64,000 nucleotides of DNA from an uncultured Halanaerobiales bacterium (GCA_913055675.1 CAJXKY010000001.1:11094-75093); one strand, 5' to 3'. Shown: positions 10,144-19,936, counted from the first letter of the stretch. The notes: a model not told the origin generated them from the sequence alone. Made by a program: numbers and translations.

Positions 10144-10352
10144 TGTGAAAATATTATTAAAGCGAGTGATGCATAATGAAAAGGACAGTTTTTTAATCCC
10201 ATCAAATTGAAGATGTAGTGTTTTAATCCGTGGGATTGTTATGTCCTTTTTTAAATGGATTTCAACATATGATTAATGAACTCTGTGCGCGCTTTAAAAA
10301 CAAATATTAATGAGTTTATCTTACCACAGGTTTATTGGACCTGTGGTTTTTT
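10144..10352 (+). ncRNA. unclassified ~210-nt leader or small RNA with two tandem intrinsic-terminator hairpins
   Basis: Hairpin 1: AAAGGACA..AATCCCA / TGGGATT..TGTCCTTT followed by T-run (10180-10252). Hairpin 2: CCACAGG-N9-CCTGTGG followed by TTTTTT (10324-10352). Both lie between the promoter and the rsgA start. Confidence 0.45.
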
Positions 10353-10377
10353 ACGTTTATATAGAAAGGAAGATAAA

Positions 10378-11396
10378 ATGCTAAAAAAATTAGGATTAAA
10401 TAGATATAAATTTAATATAAAGGATACAAAAAATATGGGAAGAGTAGTTGCTCAATATCGAGATTTGTATAAAATTAGTACTAAAAGTACTGAAATAATG
10501 GCTACTTTATCTGGCAAAGATTATTATAAAGCTAACAGACCTGATTTTCCTGTTGTGGGAGATTGGGTAAGATATGAACAATATAATAAACAAAGTAATG
10601 CTGTGATAAAAAATGTTTTAAAGAGAGGTACTAAATTATCACGGCAGCAAGCTGGAAGAAAAGAAGAGGAACAAATAATAGCTGCCAATATTGATTTAAT
10701 CTTTATTGTAACTTCATTAAATCAAGAATTTAGTAAAAGAAGATTAGAGAGATACTTAACTATAGCCTGGGATAGTGGTGCAAAACCCATTATTATTTTA
10801 AATAAGGCAGATTTAAGTGATGATATAGAATATTTCCAGTCGGAAGTGGAAAGCATTGCTTTTAATACGCCAAATATAATAAGTAGTTGTGTTAATAATC
10901 GGGGTATTCAAGAAATTAGAGATATGATAAACCCTGATAAAACAGCTGTTTTAGTTGGTTCTTCTGGTGTAGGCAAATCTTCTATAATAAATATGTTATT
11001 AGATAAAAGTAGCCAGGCTACCAAAAATATTCGAGAAAATGATGGTAGAGGGAAGCATACTACTACTAACCGGGAGTTGTTTTTAATTCCTTCAGGTGGA
11101 GTCATTATCGATACGCCTGGGTGAGAGAAATTCAACTTTGGGTTGATGAAAATTCTTTAGATAATGTGTTCGGAGAAATAGATAGATTATCAAATGAATG
11201 TAAGTTTAATGATTGTACTCACCAACATGAACCGGAGTGTGAAGTTAAGCTAGCAGTTCAAAAAGGTGAATTAAATAAAGCTAGATTAGTTAATTATTTT
11301 AAAATGAAAAGAGAAATTGAACATCAAAAATTAAAGGAAAAATATAATTCAAATAGAGCAAATAAAATAAAGTGGCAAAAATTAAAAAAGCAATAA
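10378..11396 (+). pseudogene. rsgA: ribosome small-subunit-dependent GTPase A paralog, interrupted by a -1 frameshift at 11119-11124
   Basis: The N-terminal part carries NKADL, GSSGVGKSS and DTPG, and stops at TGA 11122. The C-terminal part continues in the -1 frame as (V)REIQLW...CKFNDCTHQHEPEC (Zn finger). One missing G in a G-run would restore DTPGVREIQLW. Confidence 0.7.
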
Positions 11397-11420
11397 ATAC
11401 AATATAAGGAGGGATAATTA

Positions 11421-12137
11421 ATGGAGTTAAAATGGTATGGAAAATTATTCGAAAACTATGGAGAAAAATATGAAGAAGAACCGTTTGTTCAAGGTACTTT
11501 AGGGGAAGTTGATTTTATTGAAAAAGAAATGGATTATAATAAAGATACAGATATATTGGATATTGGGTGTGGTACAGGTAGGCATTCTATTGAATTAGCT
11601 AAAAGAGGTTATAACGTTGTAGGTATTGATTTATCAAAATCAATGATCAAGCAAGCTCAAAGTAAAATACAGGATAAGAATTATAATCTGAATTTTAAAA
11701 TTAAAAATGCACTTGATTTGGATTATAAAGAAGAGTTTGATCTAAATTTAATATTATGTGAAGGAGCCTTTTCATTGATGGATGAAGACAGAAAAGATTA
11801 TAAAATACTTGAAAATTCATATAATTCTTTAAAGAGAAATGGTAAGTTAATTTTAACTGTCTTAAATGCCTATAAACCGATAATAGAAGAAAATGATAAT
11901 TTAGATTTGATAACTTTAAGAGAACAATTCGAGTTAGAAGTAATAGATGATAATGATATTAAGAAATCTATTGAAGGTGAACAGCGTTACTACCTACCGA
12001 GTGAAATAACTTGGAGATTAAAAAATATAGGATTTGATAAAATAGATATATATGGCTGTGAATTAGGAAATTATAGCCGTAAGAGAAAAATTAATAAAAC
12101 AGATATGGAATTTTTGGTGATAGCCAAAAAAGAATGA
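11421..12137 (+). CDS. class I SAM-dependent methyltransferase
   Basis: Motif I ILDIGCGTGRHS and acidic-loop VVGIDLS. Confidence 0.8.
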   Translation: MELKWYGKLFENYGEKYEEEPFVQGTLGEVDFIEKEMDYNKDTDILDIGCGTGRHSIELAKRGYNVVGIDLSKSMIKQAQSKIQDKNYNLNFKIKNALDLDYKEEFDLNLILCEGAFSLMDEDRKDYKILENSYNSLKRNGKLILTVLNAYKPIIEENDNLDLITLREQFELEVIDDNDIKKSIEGEQRYYLPSEITWRLKNIGFDKIDIYGCELGNYSRKRKINKTDMEFLVIAKKE

Positions 12138-12156
12138 TTATTCGAGGTGATTATAA

Positions 12157-12249
12157 ATGCGATTTACATATACAGAAGATGAGTATAAAATGATTTTTGA
12201 ATTTCATACTGAAGAGTATGTTATTGAAATAGAAATAGAAAAGGTATAG
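12157..12249 (+). CDS. 30-aa hypothetical small protein
   Basis: ATG lies 7 nt after GAGGTGA. Sequence is MRFTYTEDEYKMIFEFHTEEYVIEIEIEKV, followed directly by a terminator. Confidence 0.3.
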   Translation: MRFTYTEDEYKMIFEFHTEEYVIEIEIEKV

Positions 12250-12252
12250 ATA

Positions 12253-12277
12253 AATAGGGGGGGTTCCCCTATTTTGT
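12253..12277 (+). terminator. rho-independent terminator
   Basis: AATAGGGG / CCCCTATT stem, 5-nt loop, T-rich tail. Confidence 0.6.
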
Positions 12278-12308
12278 TTGACAACTATATTCTAATATGG
12301 TAATATAG
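12278..12308 (+). promoter_or_regulatory. promoter with overlapping inverted repeat (candidate ArsR operator)
   Basis: TTGACA (12278-83), 17 nt, TAATAT (12301-06). The inverted repeat CTATATT (12285-91) / AATATAG (12302-08) spans the spacer and the -10 element. Confidence 0.55.
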
Positions 12309-12326
12309 CAATTAGGAGGTGTGGTT

Positions 12327-12647
12327 ATGGATGATAAATTATTTAAAGCAAGAGAAAAGATAATAAAATCTCTAGCAAATAGTTACAGATTAAAAATTGT
12401 AGAAACTTTAGGAAATAAAGAGAAAATGTGTGTTTCAGATTTAGAGGAGGAACTGGATTTAAATCAATCTTCAGTTTCCAAACATCTAAATATATTAAAA
12501 ACAGCAGGGGTAGTAGAAGCAAAAAAAGAAGGCTTAAAAAACTATTATTCACTTAAAACCCCTTGTATTATAAATTTCTTTCAATGTGTAGATAACGTCA
12601 TTCAAAGTGATATAAATGATAGGATGAATGTTTTAAATAATAAATAA
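12327..12647 (+). CDS. ArsR/SmtB family transcriptional regulator
   Basis: wHTH region CVSDLEEELDLNQSSVSKHLNILKTAGVV. ATG lies 7 nt after AGGAGG. Confidence 0.85.
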   Translation: MDDKLFKAREKIIKSLANSYRLKIVETLGNKEKMCVSDLEEELDLNQSSVSKHLNILKTAGVVEAKKEGLKNYYSLKTPCIINFFQCVDNVIQSDINDRMNVLNNK

Positions 12648-12666
12648 ATATGAGGTGAAATATTAT

Positions 12667-13842
12667 ATGAGTAAATTGAAAAAACTATCTTTATACATAG
12701 CAGTATTTCTTGCAGCTTTTTATATTCCAATTGGTAATGCGAAATTTCAACAAGCTATAATTGAAGCATTTTATATGTTAAAAGAATATGCACAAGAACA
12801 TGTATTACTATGTCTAATTCCAGCATTTTTCATAGCTGGTGCTATAGCGAACTTTATATCTAAAAATGCAATTATTAAATACTTTGGTAGTGAAGCTAAA
12901 AAGTGGGTCTCGTATTCAGTAGCTTCAGTATCAGGAACAATTTTGGCGGTCTGTTCTTGTACTGTTCTTCCACTTTTTGCTGGAATTTATAAAAAAGGAG
13001 CGGGAATTGGACCGGCAACGGCATTTTTATATTCTGGACCAGCGATAAATGTTTTAGCCATTATTTTAACAGCTCGTGTTTTAGGCTGGCAACTTGGGTT
13101 AGCAAGGGCAATTGGAGCTATTATATTTGCAGTGGTTATCGGAATATTAATGGCTATTATATTTCGTAAGGAAGACAAAGAACGTTTAAAAGGTAACATA
13201 GCAGTAGGTAATAATGATGATGAAGAAGCTAGATCGGGATTCCAAAACATCATATATTTCATTACTTTAGTCTTAATATTAATATTTGCAGCTTGGGCAA
13301 AACCAAGTCAAGCTTCAGGTTTTTGGATGTATATTTACAATATTAAATGGCCGGTTACTATTTCTTTACTTGCAATATTGGTAATAATTTTAAAAAGTTG
13401 GTTTGATAAAAACGAAATAAGTGATTGGTTTGATTCCACTTGGGATTTTGCTCAACAAATTTTACCATTGCTTTTTGCCGGAGTATTAGTAGCAGGTTTT
13501 CTAATGGGAAGGCCGGGAACAGAAGCTGGTATTATACCTGCTCATTGGATTTCAAATTTCGTTGGTGGCAATTCTATTTTAGCTAATTTTACTGCTTCTA
13601 TTCTTGGAGCCTTTATGTATTTTGCTACTTTAACTGAAATTCCCATTTTACAGGGATTAATGGGACTTGGCATGGGGAAAGGACCAGCTTTGGCACTATT
13701 ACTTGCAGGTCCTGCTCTTAGTTTACCAAATATGTTAGTAATAAGAAGTGTTATGGGAACTAAAAAAACTTTAGTCTTTATCAGTCTAGTTGTAGTTATG
13801 TCTACATTTAGTGGGTTTGTTTATGGAACCTTTGTTTTATAA
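12667..13842 (+). CDS. permease, UPF0718/ArsP-like family
   Basis: Multi-TM protein with the CSCTVLPLF motif and GPALSLP repeat typical of this permease family. Sits downstream of ArsR. Confidence 0.7.
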   Translation: MSKLKKLSLYIAVFLAAFYIPIGNAKFQQAIIEAFYMLKEYAQEHVLLCLIPAFFIAGAIANFISKNAIIKYFGSEAKKWVSYSVASVSGTILAVCSCTVLPLFAGIYKKGAGIGPATAFLYSGPAINVLAIILTARVLGWQLGLARAIGAIIFAVVIGILMAIIFRKEDKERLKGNIAVGNNDDEEARSGFQNIIYFITLVLILIFAAWAKPSQASGFWMYIYNIKWPVTISLLAILVIILKSWFDKNEISDWFDSTWDFAQQILPLLFAGVLVAGFLMGRPGTEAGIIPAHWISNFVGGNSILANFTASILGAFMYFATLTEIPILQGLMGLGMGKGPALALLLAGPALSLPNMLVIRSVMGTKKTLVFISLVVVMSTFSGFVYGTFVL

Positions 13843-13873
13843 AAAATAAAAATATTTAAAGGAGATGATAGTT

Positions 13874-14107
13874 ATGAAAAAGATTGAAATTTTTGGAACA
13901 GGCTGTCCGAACTGTGAAAAGACCGAAGATAATATTAAAAAAGTGGTAGAAGAAATGGATTTAGATGCAGAGATAGTGAAGGTAGAGGATATGAATGAAA
14001 TCACAGAACGAGGGGTGATGTTAACACCTGCTGTAGCGGTAGATGGGGATATGAAAATTACCGGTAAAGTTCCAGCTGAAGAGGATATTAAAGGTTGGTT
14101 TGAATAA
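13874..14107 (+). CDS. thioredoxin-fold small protein (redox-active disulfide protein 2 family)
   Basis: 77 aa with FGTGCPNCEK motif. The ArsR + permease neighbourhood is conserved for this family. Confidence 0.8.
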   Translation: MKKIEIFGTGCPNCEKTEDNIKKVVEEMDLDAEIVKVEDMNEITERGVMLTPAVAVDGDMKITGKVPAEEDIKGWFE

Positions 14108-14182
14108 AATTTAAAAAGTATATAGTGTAATCATGATTAAATTATATTAAAATAATCAGTTTTATGAGAAAATTATAAAGAG

Positions 14183-14238
14183 GAATCCCGTGATTTAGGT
14201 AGAAATATACAAACATACCTATTTCAAGGGATTTTTTA
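14183..14238 (+). terminator. long-stem rho-independent terminator
   Basis: GAATCCC..TAGGTA / TACCTA..GGGATT followed by TTTTTT. Confidence 0.6.
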
Positions 14239-14257
14239 TTATATGGAGGGATAATTT

Positions 14258-14836
14258 GTGACAAGTATACTAGTATCAAGCAAAAGAAAGGGTTTAGGTA
14301 AAACCACTTTAATTAAAAAATTTATTAAAAATCTCAGGGGAGATATTGTCGTAATTAAAAGTTCAATTCATGATGAATATGATGGATTTAAATTGATAGA
14401 AGATAATAATATAATAAAAGAAGATAATACAGATACAAATATATTTGATAAAGCAGGAGCAGAAAAAGTATATTATTTAAAATCTAACAAAGACAGCCTA
14501 AAAGAAGGAGTTAAGAAAAGTTTAAATAAAATCAAAGAATATGATTATTTAATTGTGGAGGGTAATAGCATTATAGAATTTATAAATTTTAATTTAGTCT
14601 TTTATTTAGATTTGGAGGGGGGAGATAAAAAAGATTCAGCGGAAATGTGTAAAAATAGAGCTGATGTAATCATTAATAAAGAAAAAGAACAACAAATAGA
14701 ATTAAACTTGGAAAAAATAAGTTGTTTTAAAGCTCATTTAATAGGACATTCGCTTGGCATACCTTTAAAAAAGGTAGGTAAGATGCTTAATAATGAACAG
14801 GTGAGAGTTGAAGATTGTCAACTAGGCTTATTTTAA
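14258..14836 (+). CDS. MobB-like P-loop protein with an extra C-terminal domain
   Basis: GLGKTTL P-loop, VVIKSSIHD and DKAGAEKV resemble MobB. The C-terminus ends VRVEDCQLGLF. It is the first gene of the FDH operon. Confidence 0.5.
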   Translation: MTSILVSSKRKGLGKTTLIKKFIKNLRGDIVVIKSSIHDEYDGFKLIEDNNIIKEDNTDTNIFDKAGAEKVYYLKSNKDSLKEGVKKSLNKIKEYDYLIVEGNSIIEFINFNLVFYLDLEGGDKKDSAEMCKNRADVIINKEKEQQIELNLEKISCFKAHLIGHSLGIPLKKVGKMLNNEQVRVEDCQLGLF

Positions 14837-14875
14837 AAGACTAATAAATGGTGAAAACAAAAAAGGGGTAAAAAT

Positions 14876-15355
14876 ATGGATTTTGAAAGAACTAAAATAA
14901 AAAGCATAATAGATGAGTATAGAGGTGAAAAAGGAAGTTTAATTCCAATCCTAAATGAAGTACAGAAAGAAATTGGTTATTTGCCTGTAGAAGCGCAAGA
15001 ATACATAGGCAAGGAATTAAATATTCCCTTAAGTAAAATTTATGGGGTTATAACTTTTTATACCCAATTTTCAACAGTTCCAAAAGGTAAATATGTTATT
15101 CATGCTTGTGATGGGACTGCATGTCATGTTCGTGACTCTCAAGATGTAATAGATAAAATAAAAGAACAACTTAATTTCAAAGAAGGTACTAATAGCACTG
15201 AGGATGGCTTATTTACCTTAGAAACAGTTTCTTGTATCGGTGCTTGTGGTTTAGCACCGGTAGTTACCATTAATGAAAAAGTATATGGTAAAATGACTCC
15301 TGATAAAATTAAGAATGTATTAGAGGAATACCGGGGGAGTGAAAAGGGTGTTTAA
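14876..15355 (+). CDS. NuoE/HymA-type [2Fe-2S] subunit
   Basis: Thioredoxin-like 2Fe-2S pattern CDGTACHV ... CIGACGLAP. Confidence 0.9.
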   Translation: MDFERTKIKSIIDEYRGEKGSLIPILNEVQKEIGYLPVEAQEYIGKELNIPLSKIYGVITFYTQFSTVPKGKYVIHACDGTACHVRDSQDVIDKIKEQLNFKEGTNSTEDGLFTLETVSCIGACGLAPVVTINEKVYGKMTPDKIKNVLEEYRGSEKGV

Positions 15356-17222
15356 AACAAGAAAAGAATTAGATAATGCAATTCAAACTTCTAAGAAAAA
15401 GATTAGTAAAGAAGGGTTAAAAGTTTTAGTTTGTGCGGGAACAGGCTGTGTAGCTAATGGTTCAATTAAAATCTTTGAAAATCTACAAAACAAAATAGAA
15501 AAATTAGATCTACCTATTAATATAAGTTTAATGGAAGAAAATACAAAAGAAAACATCACTGTAAAAAAGAGTGGTTGTCACGGCTTTTGTGAACAAGGTC
15601 CTTTAGTTAAAGTAGAACCACTTGGATTGTTATATAAGGGTGTCGAAGAAAAAGATGTAGATAGAATTATAGAAGATTCCCTGGTAGAGGGGAATTTAAT
15701 TGAAGATTTATTATACAAAGATCAAGAGGGAGTAAGTTATTCCAAAGAAAATGAAATTCCATTTTATATAAATCAAAACAGAGTTACGTTGAAAAATTGT
15801 GGAAATATAGACCCTGAAAACATAGAGGATTATTTAGCTGAAGATGGCTACCAAGCTTTAAGTGAAGTCCTATTTGAGCTAACACCAGAAAAAGTTTGTG
15901 ATATTATTAGCGAATCTGGATTGAGAGGCAGGGGGGGAGCAGGTTTCCCTACTGGTACGAAATGGAATTTCGCTCGTCAAGAAAAAGCTGATCAGAAATA
16001 TGTAATTGTAAATGGTGATGAAGGTGACCCTGGTGCATTTATGGACAGAAGTGTGATGGAAGGTGATCCTCACCGTGTATTAGAAGGATTATTAATTACA
16101 GGTTATGCTATAGGAGCTACTAAAGGTCACATATATGTTAGAGCTGAGTATCCCTTAGCGGTAAAAAGGTTACGCAAAGCTATTAAAGATGCTAAAAAAG
16201 CAGGTTTAATAGGTGAAAATATACTTGGTAGTGGATTTGATTTTGAAATAAAGATTACTGAAGGAGCCGGGGCCTTTGTATGTGGAGAAGAAACGGCCTT
16301 AATGGCTTCAATAGAAGGCGATAGAGGTATGCCTAGACCCAAACCACCTTTTCCAGCAAATTCAGGTTTATGGGGCAAACCAACTAATATTAATAATGTT
16401 GAAACGATTGCAAATGTGCCTAGTATAATTTCAAATGGTGCAGAATGGTTTAGTAGTATTGGCCAGGAAAATAGCACAGGAACAAAGACATTTGCTCTAA
16501 CGGGAGATGTTCAAAATACTGGTTTAATTGAAGTACCGATGGGTATTACCTTAGAAAAAATTATTAATGATATCGGAGGCGGTATCAGAGAAGGCAAAAA
16601 ATTCAAAGCAGTTCAAATTGGAGGTCCTTCTGGTGGTTGTCTCACAAAAGAACATTTCGATTTATCATTAGATTTTGATTCATTACAGCAAGCTGGAGCC
16701 ATGATAGGTTCTGGTGGAATGGTAGTAATGGATGAAGATACCTGTATGGTTGAAGTATCAAGGTTCTTTTTAAGTTTTACCCAAAAAGAATCTTGTGGGA
16801 AATGTTCTCCATGTAGAATCGGTACTAAAAGGATGCTAGATATTTTAGAAAGAATTGTAGCAGGAGAGGGTAAGCCTGAGGATTTAGAAAAACTGGATAG
16901 CTTAGCCCATACTATTAAAGAAACTTCATTGTGTGGATTAGGAAAAACTGCACCTAATCCTGTTTTGACAACTCTTAGATATTTTAAAGATGAATATAAA
17001 GCTCATATAGAAGAGAATAGATGTCCGGCTGGACAGTGTAAAGAATTGAAAGATAGTTATGTAATAGATCAAGATGCATGTATAGGATGTACCCAATGTG
17101 TGAGTGTCTGTCCAGTAGATGCCATATCTGGTGAGCCAAAAGAAGCTCATAAAATAGATCCAGAAATATGTACAGTCTGTGGTTCTTGTGAACCCGTCTG
17201 TCCGGTAGATGCTATTTCATAA
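15339..17222 (+). CDS. NuoF/HymB-type NAD(P)H-binding flavoprotein with extra N-terminal 2Fe-2S and C-terminal 2x[4Fe-4S] domains
   Basis: GLRGRGGAGFPTG (FMN/NAD site), ESCGKCSPCR, CIGCTQCVSVCP, CTVCGSCEPVCP. Confidence 0.9.
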   Translation: MKRVFKTRKELDNAIQTSKKKISKEGLKVLVCAGTGCVANGSIKIFENLQNKIEKLDLPINISLMEENTKENITVKKSGCHGFCEQGPLVKVEPLGLLYKGVEEKDVDRIIEDSLVEGNLIEDLLYKDQEGVSYSKENEIPFYINQNRVTLKNCGNIDPENIEDYLAEDGYQALSEVLFELTPEKVCDIISESGLRGRGGAGFPTGTKWNFARQEKADQKYVIVNGDEGDPGAFMDRSVMEGDPHRVLEGLLITGYAIGATKGHIYVRAEYPLAVKRLRKAIKDAKKAGLIGENILGSGFDFEIKITEGAGAFVCGEETALMASIEGDRGMPRPKPPFPANSGLWGKPTNINNVETIANVPSIISNGAEWFSSIGQENSTGTKTFALTGDVQNTGLIEVPMGITLEKIINDIGGGIREGKKFKAVQIGGPSGGCLTKEHFDLSLDFDSLQQAGAMIGSGGMVVMDEDTCMVEVSRFFLSFTQKESCGKCSPCRIGTKRMLDILERIVAGEGKPEDLEKLDSLAHTIKETSLCGLGKTAPNPVLTTLRYFKDEYKAHIEENRCPAGQCKELKDSYVIDQDACIGCTQCVSVCPVDAISGEPKEAHKIDPEICTVCGSCEPVCPVDAIS

Positions 17223-17242
17223 TGGAAAGGAGAAATAAATTT

Positions 17243-19936
17243 ATGAATATTACTATAGACAATAATGAATATGAAGCTCGTGCTGGTCAGACTATTTTAG
17301 ATATTGCAAAAGAAAATGATATAGATATACCTACATTGTGTTATGACCCTCATTTAAGTATTACAGGTGCGTGTAGAATGTGTATGGTAGAAATGGAAAA
17401 CGGTGGGTTAACCACAGCTTGTTCTACTCCTGTTACCGAGGGAATGAATATAAAAACTAAAAGTGAAAAAGTATGGAATAGAAGGAGAGAAATCCTCGAT
17501 TTATTACTATCAGATCATAATATTGAATGTATGACCTGTGAAGCTGATGGAGATTGTAAGTTACAGGATTTAGCCTATGAATACAATATAGAGGAATCGT
17601 CATTTGATAGTGAAAATGATAGGGTTTTCGATTTTTATAAAGATAATGAATTTATTGAATTAGATCCGAATAAATGTATTCTGTGTGGAAAATGTATTCG
17701 AGTCGATAAAGAAGTACAATGTTCAGATGCTATTGAATTTATAGAAAGAGGTTTTCAAACTAAAGTTGGTACAACTTTAGACCAAGGTTTTGATAATGAA
17801 AAATCTACATGTGTTTTCTGTGGGCAGTGTGTAGAAATGTGTCCGACAGGGGCTTTAACATATATTCCTTCTAAAAAGCAAGCACGAAAAAAAGATTTTA
17901 GAAATGTAGTTACAACCTGTCCATACTGTGGAGTAGGTTGTCAGTTAGAATTAAGAATCAAAGATGATGAAATCATAGAAGTTGGTTCTGTATATAGAGA
18001 TGGAACTCCTAATCCTGCTGGTGAAGCATGTGTAAAAGGAAGATTTGGTCTTCAATTTGTGAATCATCCTGACCGTTTAAGAAAACCTTTAATTAGAAAA
18101 GATGGTGAACTGGTTGAAAGCGAATGGGATGAAGCTTTAGATTATGTAGCTAAAAGATTTTCTGAAATCAAAGAAAAACATGGACCTAAAGCTATGGCGG
18201 GATTAAGTTCAGCTAAATGTACAAATGAAGAAAACTACTTGATGCAGAAGTTTATGAGGGCAGTAATTGGAACTAATTCTGTTGATCATTGTGCTAGGCT
18301 TTGTCATGCTTCAACCGTTACTGGTTTAGTAAAAGCATTTGGTTCAGGAGCAATGACAAATTCAATTGGAGAAATTGAAGGAGCTGACGTAATATTTATA
18401 ACCGGCTCGAACCCTACAGAAAATCATCCAGTTATAGGGAGTAAAATTAAAAAAGCATATAAAAATGGTACAAAAATAATAGTAGCAGATCCCAGAGATA
18501 TTGAATTTTCTCCTCTAGCAGAAGTATCTTTAAATCAGAAACCGGGATCTGATGTGGCATTATTAAATGGTTTAATGCATGTAATAATTAAAGAAGATTT
18601 ACATGATAAAGAATTTATAAATGATAGAACAGAAAATTTTGAAATCGTAAAAGAAGTTGTAGCAGAATATACACCGGAAAAGGTAGAAGAAATAACTGGT
18701 ATTGACAAAGAAGATATTATTAAAGCTGCCAAAATATTTGGTAAGGCTGATAAAGGTGCTATATATTTTGCGATGGGAATAACACAGCATAGAACTGGTA
18801 CTGACAATGTTTTATCTGTTGCTAATCTTGCTATGTTAACAGGAAATGTAGGATTTGAAAGTACAGGTGTAAATCCTTTAAGAGGTCAAAATAATGTTCA
18901 AGGTGCTTGTGATCTTGGAGCATTATCTAATGTTTATCCTGGGTATCAATCAGTTGAAGATCCAGACATTAGAAAGAAATTTAGTGACTATTGGGATGCT
19001 GATGACTTGTCTTCAGAAGTAGGATTAACTGTAGTTGAAATATTTAATGAAGTTAATAAAGGTAATCTACACGGCTTATATATAATGGGCGAAAATCCTA
19101 TGATTTCTGATCCTGATCAAACTCATATCCAAAAAGCTCTTGAAGATGTTGAGTTTTTAGTTGTTCAGGACATATTCCTTAGTGATACAGCAGAATATGC
19201 TGATGTAGTATTACCGGCAGCAAGTTTTGCCGAAAAAAATGGAACCTTTACAAATACTGAAAGAAGAGTTCAAAAAGTTAAAAAAGCTGTTCCTGCTCCA
19301 GGTGTAGCGAAACCTGATTGGGAGATTATAGTAGAGATTGCTAATCGAATGGGTTATGAAATGGAATATAATAATCCGTCAGAGATATTGGATGAGATTG
19401 CAGATTTAACTCCTATCTATGGAGGTATAAGAGCAAAACGATTAGGTGAAACTGGCTTACAATGGCCATGTTTAGATGAAGAACATCCAGGAACTAAATT
19501 CTTGCATGAAGGAGAGTTTTCAAGAGGAAAAGGTAAATTTAACTCTGTAACCTATATACCTCCAGCTGAATCTGCTGATGAAGAATATCCATATATAATG
19601 ATGACAGGTAGAATGCTTTATCATTTTCATACCGGGACTATGACTAGAAATTCAAAATCGATTGATAATCATTCCCCAGATGCTTATGTAGAAATTAATA
19701 AAAAAGATGCTAAAGAATTAGGTATTGAAAATAAGGATAGAGTGAAAGTTACTTCTAGAAGAGGTAAAGTAGAAACGTATGCCAAGGTAGGTGAAAGGGT
19801 AAGTAAAGGACAAATCTTTATGCCATTCCATTATGCTGAAAGTCCAGCTAATCGTTTAACTAATCCTGTATTAGATGAAGATGCTAAAATACCTGAGTTA
19901 AAGGTAACCGCTGTAAGTTTAGAAAAGCTAAATTAA
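17243..19936 (+). CDS. fdhA: formate dehydrogenase catalytic subunit (FdhA/FdsA type, Cys variant) with N-terminal 2Fe-2S/4Fe-4S domains
   Basis: Fe-S N-terminus, molybdopterin oxidoreductase core, and HCARLCHASTV. That last motif matches the SARVUHGPSV region of Sec-FDHs but carries Cys. ATG 17243 follows AAAGGAG. Confidence 0.9.
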   Translation: MNITIDNNEYEARAGQTILDIAKENDIDIPTLCYDPHLSITGACRMCMVEMENGGLTTACSTPVTEGMNIKTKSEKVWNRRREILDLLLSDHNIECMTCEADGDCKLQDLAYEYNIEESSFDSENDRVFDFYKDNEFIELDPNKCILCGKCIRVDKEVQCSDAIEFIERGFQTKVGTTLDQGFDNEKSTCVFCGQCVEMCPTGALTYIPSKKQARKKDFRNVVTTCPYCGVGCQLELRIKDDEIIEVGSVYRDGTPNPAGEACVKGRFGLQFVNHPDRLRKPLIRKDGELVESEWDEALDYVAKRFSEIKEKHGPKAMAGLSSAKCTNEENYLMQKFMRAVIGTNSVDHCARLCHASTVTGLVKAFGSGAMTNSIGEIEGADVIFITGSNPTENHPVIGSKIKKAYKNGTKIIVADPRDIEFSPLAEVSLNQKPGSDVALLNGLMHVIIKEDLHDKEFINDRTENFEIVKEVVAEYTPEKVEEITGIDKEDIIKAAKIFGKADKGAIYFAMGITQHRTGTDNVLSVANLAMLTGNVGFESTGVNPLRGQNNVQGACDLGALSNVYPGYQSVEDPDIRKKFSDYWDADDLSSEVGLTVVEIFNEVNKGNLHGLYIMGENPMISDPDQTHIQKALEDVEFLVVQDIFLSDTAEYADVVLPAASFAEKNGTFTNTERRVQKVKKAVPAPGVAKPDWEIIVEIANRMGYEMEYNNPSEILDEIADLTPIYGGIRAKRLGETGLQWPCLDEEHPGTKFLHEGEFSRGKGKFNSVTYIPPAESADEEYPYIMMTGRMLYHFHTGTMTRNSKSIDNHSPDAYVEINKKDAKELGIENKDRVKVTSRRGKVETYAKVGERVSKGQIFMPFHYAESPANRLTNPVLDEDAKIPELKVTAVSLEKLN

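Noticed and set aside
10169-10210. 13-codon leader peptide (MHNEKDSFLIPSN) inside the rsgA leader
   Set aside because: It has no convincing RBS and no run of regulatory codons. It overlaps hairpin 1 only by chance as far as I can tell.
10276-10377. ORF-track N-terminal extension of rsgA (MNSVRALK...)
   Set aside because: The extension runs through two terminator hairpins and has no RBS. ATG 10378 follows AAGGAAG and starts the conserved RsgA N-terminus.
14108-14257. Molybdenum-cofactor (Moco) riboswitch upstream of the FDH/mobB-like operon
   Set aside because: The region contains only one long terminator-type hairpin. I could not see the conserved Moco-motif blocks. A covariance-model scan would be needed to be sure.
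17243-19936. Possible selenocysteine in the formate dehydrogenase catalytic subunit
   Set aside because: The ORF is uninterrupted. The position equivalent to Sec in FdhH-type enzymes is a Cys codon (HCARL-C-HASTV). There is no in-frame TGA.
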